Shown here piece after piece: positions 1-9,142 of a DNA stretch of 41,523 bases. Where the stretch lies: positions 1-41,523 of the forward strand of contig JBFWJG010000016.1 in NCBI GenBank assembly GCA_050253335.1, read 5' to 3'. A program made the position numbers and the translations under genes. A model generated the notes under the pieces. The model ran no database searches and was not told the DNA's origin. It saw nothing but the letters and a program-made list of their open reading frames with translations. Position 1 is the first letter of the stretch. Each line of letters starts with the position of its first letter. This DNA comes from Deferribacterales bacterium (GTDB lineage Bacteria > Chrysiogenota > Deferribacteres > Deferribacterales > Geovibrionaceae).

Positions 1-1
1 C

Positions 2-322
2 AGAGGCGAGGTTATTCCTCTCATAGATTTAAGAAAGAGGTTTGAGCTCCCCGTCAGGGAAAAGGACGAGTTCACAAGAGTGATAATAGTTAATCTCGCC
101 AGTGTCCGTGTGGGCTTTGTGGTGGATTTTGTGGACGAAGTTCTCCGTGTTCCCGCAGACAGCATAGATTCCGTTCCCGCTGTTCTGGGTACAGGGGTTG
201 ACAGCCAGTTCCTTGAAGGGGTGGTAAACCTCAGCGGCAAGCAGAGGATGATACTTCTGCTTAACGTGGATGAGCTTTTCAGCAAGGCTGAAAAGAAAAA
301 GCTTGAAAAAATAGGCTCATAA
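2..322 (+). CDS. cheW: Chemotaxis coupling protein CheW (5' end outside the window)
   Basis: Frame open from nt 2: RGEVIPLIDLRKRF...VGFVVDFVDEVLRVP...FLEGVVNL...ILLLNVDELF, typical CheW motifs; directly upstream of cheB. Confidence 0.93.
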   Translation, partial: RGEVIPLIDLRKRFELPVREKDEFTRVIIVNLASVRVGFVVDFVDEVLRVPADSIDSVPAVLGTGVDSQFLEGVVNLSGKQRMILLLNVDELFSKAEKKKLEKIGS

Positions 323-342
323 AAGCTGCTGCGGGTTGCCGG

Positions 343-1407
343 ATGATAAAAGTTCTTATTGTGGACGATTCAGCTCTCATGAGGAAAAAAGTCAGGGAGA
401 TGCTGGAATCCGATCCGGATATAGAGGTTATAGGTACAGCCAGAGACGGTCAGGACGGCGTGGCAAAAGCGCGCGCCCTCAGGCCGGATGTCATCACCAT
501 GGACATAAACATGCCGGTGATGGACGGGCTGACCGCTCTCTGCATAGTCATAGAGGAGGGAATATGCCCTGTGATTATGCTGAGTTCGCTCACTCAGGAA
601 GGAGCGTCAACTACATTCGAGGCTATGGAGCTGGGCGCTTTTGACTATGTGGCAAAGCCCGGCGGCACAGTGTCGGTGAATATCAGCGAGGTCAGGGATG
701 ACCTTGTGTGGAAGGTTAAGGCCGCCGCCGGCACAGGTGTCGGGAAGCTCAGGCGCAGAACAGCGAAACCTCAGAAGAAGATACTCACCGTTGAGACGGA
801 AGAGAGCGAAGAGCTTCTCGGGCTGGATGATTATCCTGCGGTGTGCATAGGAATTTCCACCGGCGGACCCAAAACTATTTTTGATGTCCTGCCGGAACTT
901 GATAAAAACTTTCCGGCGGCGCTGTTCATGGTTCAGCATATGCCGCCGACTTTTACAGCCACATATGCAAAGAGGCTGAACGACTACTGCAAAATACTGG
1001 TCAAAGAAGCCGAAGCAGGAGAGGAGATCCGCCCCGGGGTCTGCTATCTGGGAAAAGGCGGCTTTCATATGACTCTGTACAGAAAACCCGGGGGCAGGTT
1101 CATAATCAGGCTTACCAAAAAGCCGGATCACCATTTCATTCCCAGTGTGGATGTTATGATGGATTCCGTGCGGAGCTGCTTCGGCGAGAAAACAATAGGC
1201 GTGCTTATGACAGGAATGGGTGACGACGGCGCAGACAGCATGGTGAAAATCAGAAAGGGCGGAGGCTATACCATAGCCGAATCCGAGGAAAGCTGCATAG
1301 TTTTCGGTATGCCCAAGGAAGCCATAGAAAGAGGCGGGGCGGATGTCGTTCTCCCCAGCAGCAGGATAGCCTGGGAACTGAACAGAGTCGTAAAGAAGGG
1401 ATGGTGA
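343..1407 (+). CDS. cheB: Chemotaxis methylesterase CheB (receiver + methylesterase)
   Basis: N-terminal receiver (VLIVDDSALMR, DVITMDINMP); esterase motifs GISTGGP, VQHMP, PSVD, LMTGMGDDGA, VFGMP. Confidence 0.97.
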   Translation: MIKVLIVDDSALMRKKVREMLESDPDIEVIGTARDGQDGVAKARALRPDVITMDINMPVMDGLTALCIVIEEGICPVIMLSSLTQEGASTTFEAMELGAFDYVAKPGGTVSVNISEVRDDLVWKVKAAAGTGVGKLRRRTAKPQKKILTVETEESEELLGLDDYPAVCIGISTGGPKTIFDVLPELDKNFPAALFMVQHMPPTFTATYAKRLNDYCKILVKEAEAGEEIRPGVCYLGKGGFHMTLYRKPGGRFIIRLTKKPDHHFIPSVDVMMDSVRSCFGEKTIGVLMTGMGDDGADSMVKIRKGGGYTIAESEESCIVFGMPKEAIERGGADVVLPSSRIAWELNRVVKKGW

Positions 1408-1408
1408 T

Positions 1409-1690
1409 ATGGATATAAAACCTCTTAAATCAAAGCTTAGGATCATTTTTCCCGAGGAATGCGAAAATTTTATGGCTGAAGATGCCCTTACGGCGCTTCA
1501 GGGTGCGGATCTAGCCTCCAAGCCGGCGGCGGAGATAGACCTTTCCGCTGTGCGCACAATGGACACAACTTTTGTGAATATACTCGTCTCTCTCCTGAAC
1601 ACATTGAAGGAGAAGGGAATAAAATATGAAATAACAGGCAGAAGCAGCGAAGCCTCAAGGGTCATGGGGCTTTACGGGCTGAGTATCTGA
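1409..1690 (+). CDS. STAS-domain (anti-sigma antagonist-like) protein
   Basis: 93 aa; IDLSAVRTMDTTFVNIL resembles the STAS DlsxvxxxDs motif; inside the che operon. Confidence 0.75.
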   Translation: MDIKPLKSKLRIIFPEECENFMAEDALTALQGADLASKPAAEIDLSAVRTMDTTFVNILVSLLNTLKEKGIKYEITGRSSEASRVMGLYGLSI

Positions 1691-1703
1691 CAGGGGGAAC
1701 AGC

Positions 1704-2066
1704 GTGAAGAGAATACTGATAGTTGACGATGCCATCACAATGAGGCAGCTTGTCGCAGCCACGCTGAAATCCGCGGGTTATGAAGTGGTCGACGCCCGCG
1801 ACGGCAAGGATGCGCTCACAAAGCTTGAGAACGACAGGTTTAATCTGATCATTTCCGATCTTAACATGCCTAACATGGACGGAATAACTCTCATAAAGGA
1901 AGTTAAGAACATGCCCAAGCATAAATTCACTCCCATAATTATGCTTACCACGGAATCACAGGCGGAGAAAAAAGAGGAAGGAAGAAAAGCAGGCGCGAAG
2001 GCGTGGATAGTGAAGCCTTTCAAACCTGCGGATCTGCTTGGCGTTGTTAAAAAAATAGTTCCCTGA
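1704..2066 (+). CDS. cheY: Chemotaxis response regulator CheY
   Basis: Single receiver domain: ILIVDD, SDLNMPNMDG, PIIMLTTES, GAKAWIVKPF; GTG start after a GGGG SD-like run. Confidence 0.92.
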   Translation: MKRILIVDDAITMRQLVAATLKSAGYEVVDARDGKDALTKLENDRFNLIISDLNMPNMDGITLIKEVKNMPKHKFTPIIMLTTESQAEKKEEGRKAGAKAWIVKPFKPADLLGVVKKIVP

Positions 2067-2091
2067 GAAATCAGGATCGGAGAAACGGAAG

Positions 2092-3156
2092 ATGGATATT
2101 AAAAGCATAAAAGCTTCCCTCTTAAATTCTGACGAAACGGAAAGGCTGTATGCTGTTGAGGATGTGATAACCCTCCGCGCCGAAGAGCTCATTCCTGAGC
2201 TTATTGCGGCTCTTCTTAAAGAGGAGAGCCGTATGGTGAGAGAACTTATTGTGGAAGGGCTGAAGCTTTTCGATGTTTCTCCGCACTTTCCTGCAATAGC
2301 CAAATTTTTCGAGTCTTCCGAAGCGTTTATAAGAAACTGCGCCATAGAGATTTTCGGTTCCAAGGGTGAGGAGGCTGTTCCTTTTCTCACTTCGATAATG
2401 GACCACTCGGACAGAGAGGTGCGCAAGCTTATTCTGGACAGCCTTGTCGCCACAGGCTCGAAATACTGCATTCCAGCTCTGCGCGCGGCTCTGCGCGATA
2501 AGGCGCCGAATGTTCAGATAACGGCTGTTGAGTATCTCGGCAAAATCAATGACGAGGAATCGATGAACGATATCCTTGAAATTTTTGAAACATCCAATGA
2601 GCCGATGCTCCGCATATCCTGCATAGAAACGTTCACCCACCTCGCCAACAGAGATGTGGTTGATCCGGTTTTGGATATACTCGGCGGCGTGAATATGGAC
2701 AGCTTCTACAAGCCCTCTGTTTTCCGAATGGTGGCTGAGTGCGGCTCGAAGGAGCATCTGCCTTTTCTGCTTACTTTTCTTAATAACAAGAACACTCTGT
2801 TCTTCAATGAAATATCCGGTTCCATCCTGAAAATAATGATAAGAGACAATATAGATGTGCTCCCCTATGAGTATGAGAAATATGTTATCAACGGTGTAAA
2901 GGATCAGAACATGGATCCTGACAACAGGATAACCTTCATGGGCATTGCCTACAGGCTCTGTCTGAAAGATAAAGAAGATGTATTCGAAGAGTTTGCGGGC
3001 GAGGATGACATGAATGTGATGCTTGCCGCTCTGGACAAGCTCGCCGGACTCAACAGGGAAAAAGCGCTGAAAATAATTGAACGCAGGCTTAAAGTGGCTG
3101 ACGGAGACTCGAAAGAAGAGCTTCTCAGCCTCAGGGCTCTGATAGCGGAGCAATAG
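2092..3156 (+). CDS. HEAT-repeat protein
   Basis: Repeated helical units (DREVRKLILDSL, ALRDKAPNVQITAVEYLG, EPMLRISCIETF); GGAG SD. Confidence 0.8.
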   Translation: MDIKSIKASLLNSDETERLYAVEDVITLRAEELIPELIAALLKEESRMVRELIVEGLKLFDVSPHFPAIAKFFESSEAFIRNCAIEIFGSKGEEAVPFLTSIMDHSDREVRKLILDSLVATGSKYCIPALRAALRDKAPNVQITAVEYLGKINDEESMNDILEIFETSNEPMLRISCIETFTHLANRDVVDPVLDILGGVNMDSFYKPSVFRMVAECGSKEHLPFLLTFLNNKNTLFFNEISGSILKIMIRDNIDVLPYEYEKYVINGVKDQNMDPDNRITFMGIAYRLCLKDKEDVFEEFAGEDDMNVMLAALDKLAGLNREKALKIIERRLKVADGDSKEELLSLRALIAEQ

Positions 3157-3990
3157 ATGTTCGTTGTTACCCTTGAGGATTATAAAGATCTTACAGCATT
3201 TATTTATAAGAAGTCCGGCATCAACTTTGAGGACAAGAAGCGCTATTTCATCAACAAAAGGCTGGAAAAGAGGCTTTCCACCCTCGGCATAGAATCGGCG
3301 AGGGACTACATACGCTTTCTCAAGTTTAAGGACAGGGACGGCGACGAGTTTCAGGAACTGATGAACCTGCTCACCGTGAACGAGACTTACTTCTTCCGCG
3401 AGTTTTCAACTCTGGAGGTTTTTGCAGAGTTCTGCCTTCAGGAAATAGCCGAAAAGAAGGAAAAGGAAGGGGACGACACCATCCGCATATGGTCTGCCGG
3501 ATGCTCCACCGGCGAGGAGCCTTACACCCTTGCCATAATCGTTCAGGAACTTCTGGACAGGCACGACAGATGGAATGTGGAGATTGTCGCCTCCGATATC
3601 GACCTCAACGCGCTGGAGAAGGCAAAAAGCGCCAGATATGACGACAGGAGCGTGAAGGACGTTCCTGAGGAGTATTATGCAAAATACTTCAGCTATGTTG
3701 ACGGCTGCCATGTTCCGGTAAAAGCCGTTCGCGACATGGTGCGGTTTGAGCATATAAACCTTAACGATAAAATGCAGATGAGGCGGCAGAGGGGCTTTGA
3801 CTTCATCTTCTGCCGCAATGTTCTTATATATTTTGATGAAATCTCCAGAAAGCAGGTTGTGGATCACTACTACATAGCCCTTAACAGGGGCGGATACATT
3901 TTCCTTGGACACAGCGAGTCTGTTGGGCGCATCACAACGGCTTTCTCCATCAAGCGGTTCGGCAGAAATGTCGTTTATTACAAGGGGTGA
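3157..3990 (+). CDS. cheR: Chemotaxis methyltransferase CheR
   Basis: LTVNETYFFRE, IWSAGCSTGEEPYT, FDFIFCRNVLIYFD, LGHSES. Confidence 0.97.
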   Translation: MFVVTLEDYKDLTAFIYKKSGINFEDKKRYFINKRLEKRLSTLGIESARDYIRFLKFKDRDGDEFQELMNLLTVNETYFFREFSTLEVFAEFCLQEIAEKKEKEGDDTIRIWSAGCSTGEEPYTLAIIVQELLDRHDRWNVEIVASDIDLNALEKAKSARYDDRSVKDVPEEYYAKYFSYVDGCHVPVKAVRDMVRFEHINLNDKMQMRRQRGFDFIFCRNVLIYFDEISRKQVVDHYYIALNRGGYIFLGHSESVGRITTAFSIKRFGRNVVYYKG

Positions 3991-3994
3991 GACT

Positions 3995-4360
3995 ATGGCG
4001 TTTAAGGTTCTGATAGTTGATGATTCGGACATGGTGAGGCATTTTCACGCCAACATTCTCAAGTCCGCAGGCTTTGAAGCCGAGCAGGCTATAGACGGCA
4101 TGGATGCCCTCGAAAAAGCAGTAAGAAGCTCATTCTCCCTTATTCTGTGCGATCTTAACATGCCCAGAATGGACGGCATCACATTCATAAAAGAGCTTAG
4201 GAAAACCGGAAAAGAGACTCCGGTGATAATTATTACAACTCAGGAAGAAGCTGAAAACCGCAGAAAAGGCTATCTGTCCGGCGCGAACCTTTACATAACC
4301 AAGCCAGTGAAGCCTGAAGAACTTATAATAAACATAAAAATGCTTCTTGGTATTTCCTGA
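3995..4360 (+). CDS. Single-domain CheY-like response regulator
   Basis: ATG at 3995 (MAFKVLIVDD), CDLNMPRMDG, IITTQ, GANLYITKP; the ORF-track start at 3905 overlaps cheR. Confidence 0.88.
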   Translation: MAFKVLIVDDSDMVRHFHANILKSAGFEAEQAIDGMDALEKAVRSSFSLILCDLNMPRMDGITFIKELRKTGKETPVIIITTQEEAENRRKGYLSGANLYITKPVKPEELIINIKMLLGIS

Positions 4361-4371
4361 CGGGGTGGGGT

Positions 4372-7296
4372 ATGACTGAAATAGATATGGAGAAGTTCCG
4401 CAGGTCGTTCCTTGAGGAAGCTTCCGAACTGCTGGAACAGGTTAACGAGGATGTTCTTAAAATTGAGGCGGATGCCGATCCGGAGCTTGTTAATTCCGTT
4501 TTCCGCTCAATCCACACCATAAAAGGCAGTGCGGCAGGCTTCGGCTTTGACCATATATCCGCCTTCACCCACCACCTTGAAACCCTGCTGGACAAGCTCC
4601 GCAACCGTGAACTGGAGGTTTCCGGAGAACTGGTTGACAGTATTCTGAGAGCCGCGGACGGAATTTATGAAATGGTCACGGCGGCGAAAGAGAGCAGGGA
4701 GTATTCTGTCGATGAGGAAGGGATAATAAGAGAACTGGAAGCCTATATGAAGAAGCCTGCGGACGGCGAAAAACCTTCGGCTCCGGAAGAACCCCAGCCG
4801 AAAAAAGCTTCCGCCCCCGCAGCTTATGTCTCATGCGGGGCGATACGCGAAAAGCTCAGAGCCGCCGGAGGAAAAGGCGGTCACATATACAGAGCTGATT
4901 TCCACTTCACATCAGAAATGCTGGAAAACGGTTATGACCCGCTTCCTGTCATGTCTAACCTTAAAATGAGCTCTGCGGAATATTTCTGCAAAACAGACAC
5001 AGATAATGTTCCGCAGATTGATAAGCTGAATCCTTTCAGCATATATCTTCAGCCGGAAGTATACATAATAAGCGAGCTTGAAGCCTCTGATCTGGCTGAT
5101 TTCGGTTTTGAGCCGGGCGTTGTCACTGTTGCTGAAGCCCTGGCGGAAGAGCCCCTTGAGGCTCCTGAAGAACATGAGGAAAAGGCTCCGGCTCCTGCCG
5201 GTGAAACCGAATACATAACAATGGAAGGGATCGATGCGGAGCTTCTGGGCGAACTGGCGGCAAGCATAGAGGACTATTTTGAATCCATAGAGTCAGTCAC
5301 GCTCAAGCTTGAAAAAGAAGGTGCGGGCAGAGGACCGGGAATCGATGATCTCTTCCGTGTTTTCCATACCATAAAAGGGGACTGCGGCTATGTTGGTTTC
5401 CGCTTTCTGGAGGGATTTGCCCACCTTGTGGAAGGTGTTCTGGATGATATAAGAAGCGGGCGCATCATGTTCGACAAAAAAGCGGCGGACATTATACTCT
5501 CCGTGGTGAGCGATATAAGGGAGATGCTCAGAGGCCTCACAAAAGACGGGATGACTCCCGTTCCCCAGTCTTACCGGACGCTCAAGAAGCTTACCTCAAG
5601 CCTTGAGAGCATGAAAAACTCAATGACTGTGGTCAATGAGGAAGTAAAGATTTTTATAAAGCAGCTTGAGCAGTTTATAGAGATTATCAACATTGCCTCC
5701 GAGAACGGCGAGATAGATGTAAGGCAGGTGCTCCGCGGAGCAGGCGGCCTGAAAAACGCCGCAAAATTCATCGGTTTTGATGATTTGTACATAATCGCGG
5801 AGGATCTGGAGAAATGCATTAAGGACTCAAAGCCCTTTGATTCCCATATGGAAAGGATTCTCCGGTACCTTGACGAGCTCAAATCGCCCCCCAGAATGCT
5901 TGGGGAGCTCCTTGTCCGTGAAGGCAAAATCACGGAGGATGATATTCAGGATGCTTTGAGCAAGCAGAAAAAGCTCGGGGATATTCTTGTCGAGGAAGGC
6001 AAGCTCGCAAAGGATGAGCTGGACAAGGCACTGAGAAAACAGGAAGTTATGAAAGCTGTCGCGGACACCGCAAGGGAAGGGACAGCATCCTCCGCCAAAC
6101 AGCAGACGGCGGGACTTCCTCAGCAGGATGCCGGCAGCCAGACCATGAAAGTCGAGCAGGAGAAAATAGACAAATTCACCAATACAATAGGTGAGCTTGT
6201 CGTTGCTAAGAACGCCAACGAATATCTGATACAGAAAATAGCCAGAGAATATGACCTTCCTTCCTCACTTATTAAGGAACTGAAGGACAACGCAAATCTC
6301 ATAGCAAGAATTTCACAGGATCTTCAGAGGGATATACTTTCTCTCAGAATGATTCCCATAAAGCAGGTTTTCAATAAATTCCCCAGAGTCGTGAGGGATA
6401 TATCAAGAAAGCAGAACAAGCAGATTGATATGCGCATCATCGGCGAGGATACGGAGATTGACAAAAAAGTGGCGGATCTGCTGAGCGATCCCCTCGTGCA
6501 CCTTCTCCGCAATTCCTGCGATCACGGCATAGAAACTCCAGAAGAAAGACAGAAGTCCGGCAAAACCCCTGTGGGAACAGTAATTCTGAAAGCCTATCAG
6601 GAAGGAAGCTTTGTCTACATCGAAGTCATTGACGACGGCAAAGGGATAAACACTGTCAGGGTCAGGGAAAAAGCCGTTTCAAACAGGCTGATCAGCGCCG
6701 ATTCGGAACTCAGCGAGAAGGAGATAATGCAGCTTATTCTCGAACCGGGGTTCTCCACCGCTGAAAAGGTTACTGACATTTCAGGGCGCGGAGTGGGGAT
6801 GGATGTGGTTAAAACCAGCGTAGTCAACCTCGGCGGCTTTGTGGATATACAGTCCACAATGGGCGAAGGTTCAAGGTTTGTGCTTAAAATACCTGTAACC
6901 ATAGGTGTTTCAACAGCTCTCCTCGTTAAGCTCAGCTCAGTTATTTACGCTATACCCATAGAAAACGTGGCGGAGACAATCAAGCTGCCCAAAGATAAAA
7001 TCAAGGATCTTCACTATGGTCTTGCTGTTCATTACAGGGGGATGGTGCTGCCGCTTTACAGTATGAAAGGGCTTCTGGAGGAAGACCCCGGAGAGCTGCC
7101 AGAAGAGGTCAGCATAGTTATTACCAACACCGACATGGGAAAAGTCGGTCTTATGGTGGATGAACTTATAAACCGCATTGATATAGCCATCAAGCCGGTT
7201 CCTGAATATTTTTCACATCTCTCTTATGTCGGCGGGATCACAATTCTGGGAGACGGTCAGGCGGTTTTGGTTCTCAATACTAACAAGCTTATATAG
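4372..7296 (+). CDS. cheA: Chemotaxis histidine kinase CheA, extended multi-HPt form
   Basis: HPt FRSIHTIKG; dimerisation IGELVV; HATPase HLLRNSCDHGIE, DDGKG, PGFSTA, SGRGVGMDVV; C-terminal CheW domain (GITILGDG). Confidence 0.97.
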   Translation: MTEIDMEKFRRSFLEEASELLEQVNEDVLKIEADADPELVNSVFRSIHTIKGSAAGFGFDHISAFTHHLETLLDKLRNRELEVSGELVDSILRAADGIYEMVTAAKESREYSVDEEGIIRELEAYMKKPADGEKPSAPEEPQPKKASAPAAYVSCGAIREKLRAAGGKGGHIYRADFHFTSEMLENGYDPLPVMSNLKMSSAEYFCKTDTDNVPQIDKLNPFSIYLQPEVYIISELEASDLADFGFEPGVVTVAEALAEEPLEAPEEHEEKAPAPAGETEYITMEGIDAELLGELAASIEDYFESIESVTLKLEKEGAGRGPGIDDLFRVFHTIKGDCGYVGFRFLEGFAHLVEGVLDDIRSGRIMFDKKAADIILSVVSDIREMLRGLTKDGMTPVPQSYRTLKKLTSSLESMKNSMTVVNEEVKIFIKQLEQFIEIINIASENGEIDVRQVLRGAGGLKNAAKFIGFDDLYIIAEDLEKCIKDSKPFDSHMERILRYLDELKSPPRMLGELLVREGKITEDDIQDALSKQKKLGDILVEEGKLAKDELDKALRKQEVMKAVADTAREGTASSAKQQTAGLPQQDAGSQTMKVEQEKIDKFTNTIGELVVAKNANEYLIQKIAREYDLPSSLIKELKDNANLIARISQDLQRDILSLRMIPIKQVFNKFPRVVRDISRKQNKQIDMRIIGEDTEIDKKVADLLSDPLVHLLRNSCDHGIETPEERQKSGKTPVGTVILKAYQEGSFVYIEVIDDGKGINTVRVREKAVSNRLISADSELSEKEIMQLILEPGFSTAEKVTDISGRGVGMDVVKTSVVNLGGFVDIQSTMGEGSRFVLKIPVTIGVSTALLVKLSSVIYAIPIENVAETIKLPKDKIKDLHYGLAVHYRGMVLPLYSMKGLLEEDPGELPEEVSIVITNTDMGKVGLMVDELINRIDIAIKPVPEYFSHLSYVGGITILGDGQAVLVLNTNKLI

Positions 7297-7310
7297 ACTG
7301 CGGAGAACCT

Positions 7311-7673
7311 ATGAAAATTTTTATTATCGATGACAACGGGCTGCACCTGAAGATGTGCAACTTTATTCTTACCAAGATGGAGCACACTGTATATATATTC
7401 GATTCAATAAAGAAATTGGATGATTTTACTCTTCAAAATGAAGTAATACCCGATATATTATTCATAGATTACAGGCTCGGACCGTCAGAAACCGGTCTTG
7501 ACGTTCTGGACAGGGTAAAAAATAAATACAAATGGAAATCGGCAAAGTGCATCGCCTTTACTGCGGATGTTTCAGAGGCGCAGCACCTCAGGGTAAGCGG
7601 GTTTGACAATGTGATACTCAAGCCTGTGACTGAAAATATGCTGAAGGAAATTGTGGGAAAATATTCCAGATGA
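7311..7673 (+). CDS. Single-domain receiver protein
   Basis: IIDD, FIDYRLG (phospho-Asp), FTA and ILKP conserved. Confidence 0.85.
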   Translation: MKIFIIDDNGLHLKMCNFILTKMEHTVYIFDSIKKLDDFTLQNEVIPDILFIDYRLGPSETGLDVLDRVKNKYKWKSAKCIAFTADVSEAQHLRVSGFDNVILKPVTENMLKEIVGKYSR

Positions 7674-9142
7674 CCCATCTTAACGAGCTGAAGAACGAAC
7701 TTACTGATTATTTTGTGGAAATTGTTGATATCATCAACAGGCTGATGGAACTCAGGGGAAGCAGTTTTGAGAGTATGCTTGAGATAAACTCATTCCTTGA
7801 AAAATCCGCCAAAGGCTTTGCGGATGACACTGCGGTTCTTATATCAAAAATATCCGATGATCTCAACAAGAAGATAGTGAGTATTGATATTAAGACCATG
7901 AAGGATGATATTCATCAGGCTTCCGGAACGTTTCTCAAAATAACAGACGATCTTGAGCTGCTGTCTTACAACACAATATGCACAACCATGTCTCTCGGTG
8001 CGAAAGGAGCCACAATCGCCCATATAAGCAAGGAGATAAAGAAAAACTCAACCGTGGCCAAAGGGCTTCTGGAAGAGATCTCGACCACATTCGCAAGCAT
8101 CTATGACGATTTCAGAGAGATAAACACCACTTTCACCGAAAACAGCTCAAAAGTGGAGATGATGGCGGAGGATACTGAGAATGAAGAGGTTCCGCTGGAA
8201 GTCACTTCCGACATCTCGCGGCTCATTGAGTGCAGCCAGTTTCATGATATCATCATTCAGGAAATAGACGCCATAAGCAACGCGATGATCGAATGTTCCG
8301 AAGGCGATGCTTTCTGCCTCGGCAGAAGCTACGGGGTGCATGAACTGGCCATTGCGAAAATGGAAGAGGTTCAGGCAAAAACCACTGAGATCTTTGAGGA
8401 GATCAAAGAGGTTATAAAGGAATTTCTCTACCATATAAACACGGATATCCAGAACATTGTGGGGCGGGCAAACATTGTAAAAATGGAGTTTGAGCAGGCC
8501 CGTGAATACAGCAATTCCATTGAATCCATAGTCGGCGGGCTGATCAAAATGATTAAGCTCACCGAAAAAGAGCTTAAAAACGCCGAAAACGGCATAACTT
8601 CACTGAGAAAATTCGGCAAATCATTCCGCAATCTTGTGGTTATAACCGCTGTGGAGGTAGCCAGAATAGGCGACACCAGCCTTGAAAGCGTGGTTGTTTC
8701 CATGAGCGAGACGGAGCGCATACTGATGAGCCTTGTGGATAAGCTGTCTGTGAGTCTTAAACTCTGGGGAGAGCTTAAAAGCGGTTTCGCCGGAGTTCTG
8801 AAGGACGCGGATATTAATATAAACAGGCTGAGAGAGCTCCATTCAGAAAACCATATACAGGATCTGATGAAAAAATCAGCCGAGCTGGACAGTGAGCTTA
8901 CTCATTTCAGAGGCAAATTCTCCGGCGATGAGTTTATGGAGCACCTGAACGGCGGACTTGTTAAAATTAACCGTTCGTTCAGCAATATAGAAGGTTATTT
9001 TCACAAGAATTTCGAGGCGCTCAAGCGCAGAATCCCCCCGTCAATGTATTCCGACCCGGATTTTGAGGCAGGACGCTCCTCCGCCGAAATTATAGATATA
9101 ATGGCGCACGAGAACGACCACTCCTCCATAGATTTTTTCTAA
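7670..9142 (+). CDS. Soluble coiled-coil protein related to methyl-accepting chemotaxis proteins
   Basis: No hydrophobic TM segment; degenerate MCP tip motifs (LLSYNTI...GAKGATIAHISKEIKK; NLVVITAVEVARIG); ATGA overlap with the upstream gene; last gene of the che operon. Confidence 0.6.
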   Translation: MTHLNELKNELTDYFVEIVDIINRLMELRGSSFESMLEINSFLEKSAKGFADDTAVLISKISDDLNKKIVSIDIKTMKDDIHQASGTFLKITDDLELLSYNTICTTMSLGAKGATIAHISKEIKKNSTVAKGLLEEISTTFASIYDDFREINTTFTENSSKVEMMAEDTENEEVPLEVTSDISRLIECSQFHDIIIQEIDAISNAMIECSEGDAFCLGRSYGVHELAIAKMEEVQAKTTEIFEEIKEVIKEFLYHINTDIQNIVGRANIVKMEFEQAREYSNSIESIVGGLIKMIKLTEKELKNAENGITSLRKFGKSFRNLVVITAVEVARIGDTSLESVVVSMSETERILMSLVDKLSVSLKLWGELKSGFAGVLKDADININRLRELHSENHIQDLMKKSAELDSELTHFRGKFSGDEFMEHLNGGLVKINRSFSNIEGYFHKNFEALKRRIPPSMYSDPDFEAGRSSAEIIDIMAHENDHSSIDFF

